DNA of 64,000 bases from Desulfonatronum sp. (GTDB lineage: Bacteria; Desulfobacterota; Desulfovibrionia; Desulfovibrionales; Desulfonatronaceae): positions 2,789 through 66,788 of the forward strand of contig DSBL01000136.1 of NCBI GenBank assembly GCA_011049455.1, read 5' to 3'. Positions within the stretch are counted from its first letter, which is position 1. Each line of letters starts with the position of its first letter. Under the pieces are notes generated by a model. The model worked only from the letters and a program-made list of their open reading frames with translations, ran no database searches and was not told the DNA's origin. The translations under genes and the position numbers were made by a program. Of this stretch, positions 57,999-64,000 are shown one piece after another.

Positions 57999-59699
57999 TC
58001 ACGTTTGGGTGAAGGTTTCCGTAAAACACTTTTCCGCTTCTGCGCTGCCAATCAAAATCAATTCATCCCGTTCATTGATGACGGCGTCCGGCAGAGGATT
58101 GATCATCAGGCGTCCCTGGGAATTGATGGCGATCACACTGCATCCGGTCTCCCGGCGGATCTGACTCTCTTGAAGCGTTTTTTTAGCCAGCCCCTTGGGT
58201 GCCTGCACCTTGAAAATATTCAACCCTTCGGAAACCATCAGTGTGTTATCCTGCAACAAAAAGTTCATGATGCTGGTCACGCCCAGGGATGTATAGGACA
58301 TCACCAAGTCGGCGCCGGCGCGGTGCAACGTGGAAATATTGCGGTCCAGGGTGGCCCTGGTGATGATCTGTATGTCCGGCCTGAGTCGGCGGCAATAGAT
58401 GGTCAAATAAATGTTCAAATCGTCGTCGTGGGTGGTCACGATCACCGAAGGCGCATCCTCGATGCCGGCCTTGCGCAGGGTATCCAAGTCCGCGGCGCTG
58501 CCCAAAACAAAGGCATCATCGTCTTCGCGCACGAAACGTGCGTTTTTTTCAACAATACGATAGGAGACCGCCCGTTCCTTCAAAGCGGCGGCGGCGGCCC
58601 GCCCCACCCTGCCGCCCCCGAGAATCAATACCGGGGAGTCGCTGACGTCATATCTGCCGAACTTTTCATCATAGACCGCCAACTGCTGATCTGTTCCAGC
58701 CAGCACGAGTACTGTTGAGAGATCAATAAGCGTATCCGGGGTGGGCACCTCGAAATGTCCCCTTTCCCAAACTCCGACCACGGTCACCCCGGTCAGTTCC
58801 CGAAGACGGCTTTCCAAAAGCGTCTTGCCCACCAACTGCGTGCGCATAGCCGGCACTTCCGCGATGAACAGCTGGTCAAAACGGCCGATGACATTGGCGC
58901 GCATGCTCACTCCGAGCACCCGGCGGGCCAGGGATTGACCAAGCAACTTGGTGAACTGAAAAGTTTTGGTGCTTCCGGCCAAATTCAAGATATCCACGGA
59001 CTCCTCTTCCGAGGCATTGGTGACAATAGGCGTATTTTCGCACAACTCGCGCAGGGTGAAGACCACGTTGGTGTTGATCTTGTCGTCGGCGTTGTTGACC
59101 ACCAGGAGCACGGCGTTGTGAGCCTGCACCCGGCGGTAGGTTTGGGTGTCGTCCAGATCTCCTTGGACAACGTGGTAACCTCTTTCATGCAGGGCAGCAG
59201 CAACTGGCTGATCCGACACAACAAGAACATACTGCCGGTTATATTGCTTCAGCTTGTCCACCAGACTCAAAGAAATGGGGTCGACGCCGGTGATGACGAT
59301 ATGATCTGCCGTATCTTCCGGCAGGGATCGGACGGTTCGCGATTTCGCCTGGGCTTCCAGCCAGGGGGCGTAAAAAAATTGGATAAAGGTGAACGGAAGC
59401 ATGACCAGGAGGAAAACGACACCTGAAAGCAAAACAAAAAGGGAAAAAGTACGGCCCAAATCGCTGGTAAAGGTGATGTCTCCGAACCCCAGGGTGGACA
59501 TGACTGTCAATGTCCAATAAATACCTGTAATCCAAGAAAAATTTCTGCCTTCATGATAGAGCATGATCACATGAAAAAAAATACTGTAAACCGTGATCAA
59601 GACGCACAGGACAATCAGAAACTTGACCAGAATTCTGCTGTCCGGCTTGGAAGCACGCTCCTGCAAGAGCGCAACGAGTTGGGATGGAAGATATTTCAT
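57999..59699 (-). CDS. Potassium channel protein with tandem RCK (TrkA-N/TrkA-C) domains
   Basis: Pore YWTLTVMSTLGFGDI; two RCK modules (GGGRVG; GVTVVGVWERG; GCSVIAI). Confidence 0.9.
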   Translation of the reverse strand: MKYLPSQLVALLQERASKPDSRILVKFLIVLCVLITVYSIFFHVIMLYHEGRNFSWITGIYWTLTVMSTLGFGDITFTSDLGRTFSLFVLLSGVVFLLVMLPFTFIQFFYAPWLEAQAKSRTVRSLPEDTADHIVITGVDPISLSLVDKLKQYNRQYVLVVSDQPVAAALHERGYHVVQGDLDDTQTYRRVQAHNAVLLVVNNADDKINTNVVFTLRELCENTPIVTNASEEESVDILNLAGSTKTFQFTKLLGQSLARRVLGVSMRANVIGRFDQLFIAEVPAMRTQLVGKTLLESRLRELTGVTVVGVWERGHFEVPTPDTLIDLSTVLVLAGTDQQLAVYDEKFGRYDVSDSPVLILGGGRVGRAAAAALKERAVSYRIVEKNARFVREDDDAFVLGSAADLDTLRKAGIEDAPSVIVTTHDDDLNIYLTIYCRRLRPDIQIITRATLDRNISTLHRAGADLVMSYTSLGVTSIMNFLLQDNTLMVSEGLNIFKVQAPKGLAKKTLQESQIRRETGCSVIAINSQGRLMINPLPDAVINERDELILIGSAEAEKCFTETFTQT

Positions 59700-59759
59700 C
59701 AGGTCACATTCAACACTGAAATCAGGCGTCGATTATTTTCCAAAAACAAAGGAGCCTCA

Positions 59760-60182
59760 TTACATCACGAAAAATCGCAGCACGTTTAGGCCTGTCCAAA
59801 TCTGTATCACGGCAAAAATTACAAGAATGAAGTTATTCAAGCCATGAAGGATGGCGAGCCGTTTGCTTCTGCCCTTGTTTCTGTCCAATATCAATCCACT
59901 GATCAAACCGAACAGCATCAGCGGGATCATGCCCAGGGCGATCCAGTAATGCATTCGCGTGAAACCGGTCCCTCCCCAGTAATAAAAAGTGACCCCGGCT
60001 CCGCCGATCAAACCCGCCATCAGAGCAATCAAGGAGATCAAGCCCAGAAAGACATGCCGCTTCCATCGGAAAAACGCCCGTCCCCCCACAAAGGTCGCCC
60101 TCAATCGGGGCCATCCCAAAAAAAAGACATGAAGAGCCAAAACCGTGACCAAAAACTGGAAAATCGGGTGAATATAAAACAT
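59760..60182 (-). CDS. DUF4079-like small membrane protein
   Basis: Four TMs with His residues (IHP, RHV..G, MHY, LHG..N); possible heme-binding pattern. Confidence 0.65.
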   Translation of the reverse strand: MFYIHPIFQFLVTVLALHVFFLGWPRLRATFVGGRAFFRWKRHVFLGLISLIALMAGLIGGAGVTFYYWGGTGFTRMHYWIALGMIPLMLFGLISGLILDRNKGRSKRLAILHGLNNFILVIFAVIQIWTGLNVLRFFVM

Positions 60183-60412
60183 ACCAGCACATCCTCATGA
60201 TGATTTGAATGAATCAAAAAGTCCGTTGCTTGAGCAAAAATTCCGTCATGAAACTGTCAGGCGGACATTGTGAAGAAGTGTCAAGGAGCAACATCCTTGT
60301 CAAGCTCCCGATTCGAACATATCCTCAGCGGTTGTGACCTTCTTTGCCTTTCATGGAAAATTATCATAGAAAAAATTTTTTATCCGCATCGATTCAAGAA
60401 AATGAGGAACAT

Positions 60413-61606
60413 ATGATCGGCATATCCAAACTTTACTGCGGCACCATTGAACCCTCAGACGCCCTTCGCTACGGTCGCCATTCCGGCAAGCTGCCCTCCC
60501 ATCTGCTTCAGTTTTCCGCGGACAAGAAGCCCGTGGTGGTCTGGAACATGACTCGGCGTTGCAACTTGAAGTGCGTGCACTGCTACGCCCAGGCCGTTGA
60601 TCCTGACGGCGCGGACGAGATCTCCACGGTCCAGGGCAAGGCCATCATCGACGACCTGGCCGCCTTTGGTTCTCCCGTGATGCTGTTTTCCGGAGGCGAA
60701 CCCTTGGTGCGCAAGGATCTGGTGGAGCTTGCCCATTATGCAATCTCCAAAGGCATGCGCGCGGTCATCTCCACCAACGGCACCCTGATCACCCCGCAAA
60801 AAGCCAAAGAACTGAAGGAAGTCGGGCTGTCCTACGTGGGCATTTCCCTGGACGGCGGCGAGGCGGTGCACGACCTTTTCCGGGGCGTGCCCGGCGCCTT
60901 CAAAAAGGCCCTGGAGGGCATTGCCAACTGCCAAGCCGAGGGTCTCAAGGTGGGTCTGCGATTCACCATCAACAAACGCAACATGGAAGAAATCCCTGTT
61001 CTTTTCGGCTTGGTCCGGGACCTGGAAATCCCCAGGATCTGCTTTTACCATCTGGTTTACTCCGGCCGGGGCTCGGAGCTGATCAACGAAGACCTGAACC
61101 ATGACCAGACACGGACCGTGGTCCATCAGATCATGGACAGCACCAAAGTCTTGTTCGATGCCGGCCTGCCCAAGGAAGTGTTGACCGTGGACAACCATGC
61201 CGACGGCCCCCTGGTCTACCTGCGCCTGCTTGCGGAGGATCCCAAGCGGGCCGAGGAGGTTCGGGAACTGCTGTCTTTCAACGAAGGCAACAATTCCGGC
61301 CGGGGCATCGGCTGCATTTCCTGGGACGGACAGGTCCACGCGGACCAGTTCTGGCGCAACCATACCTTCGGCAATGTCCTGGAACGTCCGTTTTCCGAGA
61401 TCTGGACCGATCCGAACATCGAACTTTTGGCAAAACTGAAGAACAAGAAAGACCATGTCACGGGTCGGTGCGCCACATGCCGCTTCCTGAACATCTGCGG
61501 CGGCAATTTTCGAGCCAGGGCCGAGGCTTTTTACGGCGATATCTGGGCCCCGGATCCGGCCTGCTATCTCACGGACGAGGAAATATCCGGACCGGCCGTT
61601 GCGTGA
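60413..61606 (+). CDS. ahbC: 12,18-didecarboxysiroheme deacetylase (radical SAM, NirJ1-type)
   Basis: MIGISKLYCG, WNMTRRCNLKCVHCY, SPASM Cys cluster; first gene of the ahb operon. ATG 60413 behind GAGGA. Confidence 0.92.
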   Translation: MIGISKLYCGTIEPSDALRYGRHSGKLPSHLLQFSADKKPVVVWNMTRRCNLKCVHCYAQAVDPDGADEISTVQGKAIIDDLAAFGSPVMLFSGGEPLVRKDLVELAHYAISKGMRAVISTNGTLITPQKAKELKEVGLSYVGISLDGGEAVHDLFRGVPGAFKKALEGIANCQAEGLKVGLRFTINKRNMEEIPVLFGLVRDLEIPRICFYHLVYSGRGSELINEDLNHDQTRTVVHQIMDSTKVLFDAGLPKEVLTVDNHADGPLVYLRLLAEDPKRAEEVRELLSFNEGNNSGRGIGCISWDGQVHADQFWRNHTFGNVLERPFSEIWTDPNIELLAKLKNKKDHVTGRCATCRFLNICGGNFRARAEAFYGDIWAPDPACYLTDEEISGPAVA

Positions 61607-61726
61607 TCAGAAAACGACCTTTTTTGAATTCGACAACAAAAACAAGAAATTGTTGATTACGTTTGAAACGCACTATAAAGTTCACTTAAAAACTTTCTCT
61701 CAACTGCAACTTTTCCAGGAAGCTCT

Positions 61727-62698
61727 ATGACCTTTTTTCGCGGGCGTCGGTTGCGCCGCACTCCCACCATACGGGGCCTGGTCCAAGAAACCAGGTTGAA
61801 TCGGCAGGACCTGATCCAGCCTTATTTTGTCATGGAAACGGACGATCCTTATTTCATCAAACCCATCAGCGCCATGCCCGGTCAGAACCAATTCGGCTTG
61901 GCCAAGCTGGTGGAACGGGTGGGCCGGGCCATGGACCAGGGACTGTTTGCCTGCATCCTCTTCGGTATTCCCAAAACCAAAGACTCCTCAGGTTCCCAGG
62001 CCTGGGCCGAAAGCGGAATCACCCAGCGAGCCGTGGCCGCCCTGAAGCGTTCCTATCCGGACTTGTGCGTCATTACCGACGTCTGCCTCTGCGAGTACAC
62101 CTCCCACGGTCATTGCGGATTGGTGTCCGGCCAGGAAGTGCTCAATGATCCGACCCTGGAGCTTTTGGCCAAGACCGCCCTTTCCCATGCCCGTGCCGGA
62201 GCGGACATGGTCGCGCCATCGGACATGATGGACGGCCGGGTGGGCGCCGTTCGAGCAGCCTTGGACAGCGGGGGGTTCATGGATCTGCCGATCTTGAGCT
62301 ACGCCGTCAAATACGCTTCCGGTTTCTACGGCCCTTTTCGAGAGGCCGCGGAAAGTCCGCCTCAGTTCGGGGACCGCAAAACCTATCAGATGGACCCGGC
62401 CAACCGTCTCGAAGCCTTTCGCGAGGTCCGGGCCGATGTGGAGGAAGGCGCAGACCTGCTGATGGTCAAACCGGCTTTGCCCTACCTGGACATCCTGCGG
62501 GATTTGCGGGAAGCAACGGACCTGCCCCTGGCCGCCTACCAAGTCAGCGGCGAGTATGCCATGATCAAGGCCGCAGCACAAAACGGCTGGATCGACGAAC
62601 AAACCGTGGTTCTGGAAACCCTGACCGGCATCAAGCGTGCCGGCGCGGATCTGATATTGACCTATTTCGCCGAACAAGTCCTGGGGTGGATGCAATGA
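61727..62698 (+). CDS. hemB: Porphobilinogen synthase
   Basis: [45 protein letters not shown]. Confidence 0.97.
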   Translation: MTFFRGRRLRRTPTIRGLVQETRLNRQDLIQPYFVMETDDPYFIKPISAMPGQNQFGLAKLVERVGRAMDQGLFACILFGIPKTKDSSGSQAWAESGITQRAVAALKRSYPDLCVITDVCLCEYTSHGHCGLVSGQEVLNDPTLELLAKTALSHARAGADMVAPSDMMDGRVGAVRAALDSGGFMDLPILSYAVKYASGFYGPFREAAESPPQFGDRKTYQMDPANRLEAFREVRADVEEGADLLMVKPALPYLDILRDLREATDLPLAAYQVSGEYAMIKAAAQNGWIDEQTVVLETLTGIKRAGADLILTYFAEQVLGWMQ

Positions 62699-63846
62699 AG
62701 CACCCGGACGCATCCCCACGCAAGCCCCAGGGACATTCTTCCGGTCACCCAGAGAACCATCCCATTGGTCACCAGGGCGGCCCGAAAACCCTGCAAGACG
62801 GCGCGCCTGTCTGCCGGCTGATCGCCTGGGAAGTGACCCGCTCCTGCAACCTGGCCTGCAAGCACTGCCGGGCCGAGGCGCATATGGAACCATATCCGGG
62901 GGAATTTTCCACCGAGGAAGCCAAGGCGCTGATCGACACCTTCCCCGAGGTGGGCGACCCGATCATCATCTTCACTGGCGGCGAACCGCTGCTCAGGCCG
63001 GATATTTTCGAACTGGTGCGCTACGCCGATGCCAAGTGCCTGCGATGCGTCATGGCCCCCAACGGAACCCTGGTCACCGCGGACACGGCCCAACAGATGA
63101 AGGATTCGGGCATCCAGAGGGTGAGCATCTCCATTGACGGCCCGAATGCGTCCAGCCACGACGCGTTCCGTGGTGTAAAAGGCGCCTTTGCCGCGTCCAT
63201 GCGCGGCATCGAACATCTGAAAACCGCAGGGCTGCCTTTTCAGATTAACACCACGGTGACCCGGGGCAATCTCGGACAGTTCAAGGACATCTTCCGGCTG
63301 GCCGAATCCCTAGGAGCCGCGGCCTGGCATATCTTCCTGCTGGTGCCCACGGGCCGGGGCGCGAACCTGGGCCGGGAAATCATCACGGCCCAGGAGTACG
63401 AAGACGTACTCAATTGGTTCTACGATTTTCGCAAAACCACATCCATGCAGCTCAAGGCCACCTGCGCGCCCCATTACCACCGCATCCTGCGGCAGCGGGC
63501 CAAGGAGGAAGGCCTTCCTGTAACCTTTGACACCTTCGGACTGGACGCGGTCACTCGGGGATGTCTGGGCGGAACAGGCTTCTGTTTCATCTCCCATACC
63601 GGCCAAGTTCAGCCCTGCGGCTACCTGGAGCTGGATTGCGGCCAGGTCCGGCAAACGCCGTTTCCGGAAATCTGGAAAACCGCGCCGCAGTTTTTGCAGC
63701 TCCGGGATCAAAAACAGTATCAGGGAAAATGCGGGATCTGCGAGTTTCACCGGGTCTGCGCAGGATGCCGGGCCCGGGCCATGACCATGAACGGACACTA
63801 CCTGGCCGAGGAACCCCTGTGCTCGTACCAGCCCGGAAAAGCATGA
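62695..63846 (+). CDS. ahbD: Heme b synthase (radical SAM, NirJ2-type)
   Basis: [57 protein letters not shown]; ATGA overlap with hemB (alternative start 62686). Confidence 0.92.
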   Translation: MKHPDASPRKPQGHSSGHPENHPIGHQGGPKTLQDGAPVCRLIAWEVTRSCNLACKHCRAEAHMEPYPGEFSTEEAKALIDTFPEVGDPIIIFTGGEPLLRPDIFELVRYADAKCLRCVMAPNGTLVTADTAQQMKDSGIQRVSISIDGPNASSHDAFRGVKGAFAASMRGIEHLKTAGLPFQINTTVTRGNLGQFKDIFRLAESLGAAAWHIFLLVPTGRGANLGREIITAQEYEDVLNWFYDFRKTTSMQLKATCAPHYHRILRQRAKEEGLPVTFDTFGLDAVTRGCLGGTGFCFISHTGQVQPCGYLELDCGQVRQTPFPEIWKTAPQFLQLRDQKQYQGKCGICEFHRVCAGCRARAMTMNGHYLAEEPLCSYQPGKA

Positions 63847-63858
63847 TCAGCCCTGGCC

Positions 63859-64000
63859 ATGGACACCATTGACAAACAAATCCTGGACCTGATCCAGACC
63901 GGTTTTCCTTTGGATCCAAGGCCCTACGCCCGCATCGGCGAGCAGTTCGGGCTGACTGAGGCCGAAACCCTGGCTCGGGTCCGCGCGCTCAAAAACAAGG
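63859..64000 (+). CDS. ahbA: Siroheme decarboxylase subunit (Lrp/AsnC-like), 5' partial
   Basis: MDTIDKQILDLIQTGFPLDPRPYARIGEQFGLTEAETLARVRALKNK, runs off the window end. Confidence 0.85.
   Translation, partial: MDTIDKQILDLIQTGFPLDPRPYARIGEQFGLTEAETLARVRALKNK

Noticed and set aside
60413-64000. Radical SAM/SPASM pair as a novel RiPP cluster
   Set aside because: Sequence and order (ahbC-hemB-ahbD-ahbA) match the established alternative heme pathway.

Overview
A 64-kb, mostly housekeeping chromosomal segment from a sulfate-reducing deltaproteobacterium. Desulfovibrionales is inferred from dsrC, the ahbC-hemB-ahbD-ahbA alternative heme operon and the psd-pssA-leuACDB order; the genus cannot be fixed from the sequence. 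Recognisable genes: nth, tgt, mscS, argJ, lgt, engB, a ClsC-like PLD, namZ, msrAB, pgi, nadD, proA, galE, moaE, dsrC, rubrerythrin, leuABCD, pssA, psd, a K+ channel and a tRNA Gly-Cys-Gly cluster. I found no prophage, IS transposase, CRISPR array or rRNA. The best candidate for an unexplained system is the minus-strand block at about 20.1-32.7 kb. It contains a PEP-synthase-like ATP-grasp/phospho-His protein lacking the pyruvate-binding barrel, a CMP-kinase-like/BON/REC protein, a Cache histidine kinase, two stand-alone receivers and a His-containing pseudokinase. These lie between a TauE/SafE exporter with a membrane partner and an SLC13-type permease with four TrkA-C domains. The second candidate is a translationally coupled lysine-methyltransferase-like + YcaO-TPR pair between the tRNA cluster and dsrC, next to a membrane-anchored CCHC zinc-knuckle/TPR protein. 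Smaller observations include a 171-bp element with 31-bp terminal inverted repeats, a possible leuA attenuator, a frameshifted PNPOx-like gene and several unannotated small ORFs. All product calls are by motif recognition; no database searches were run.
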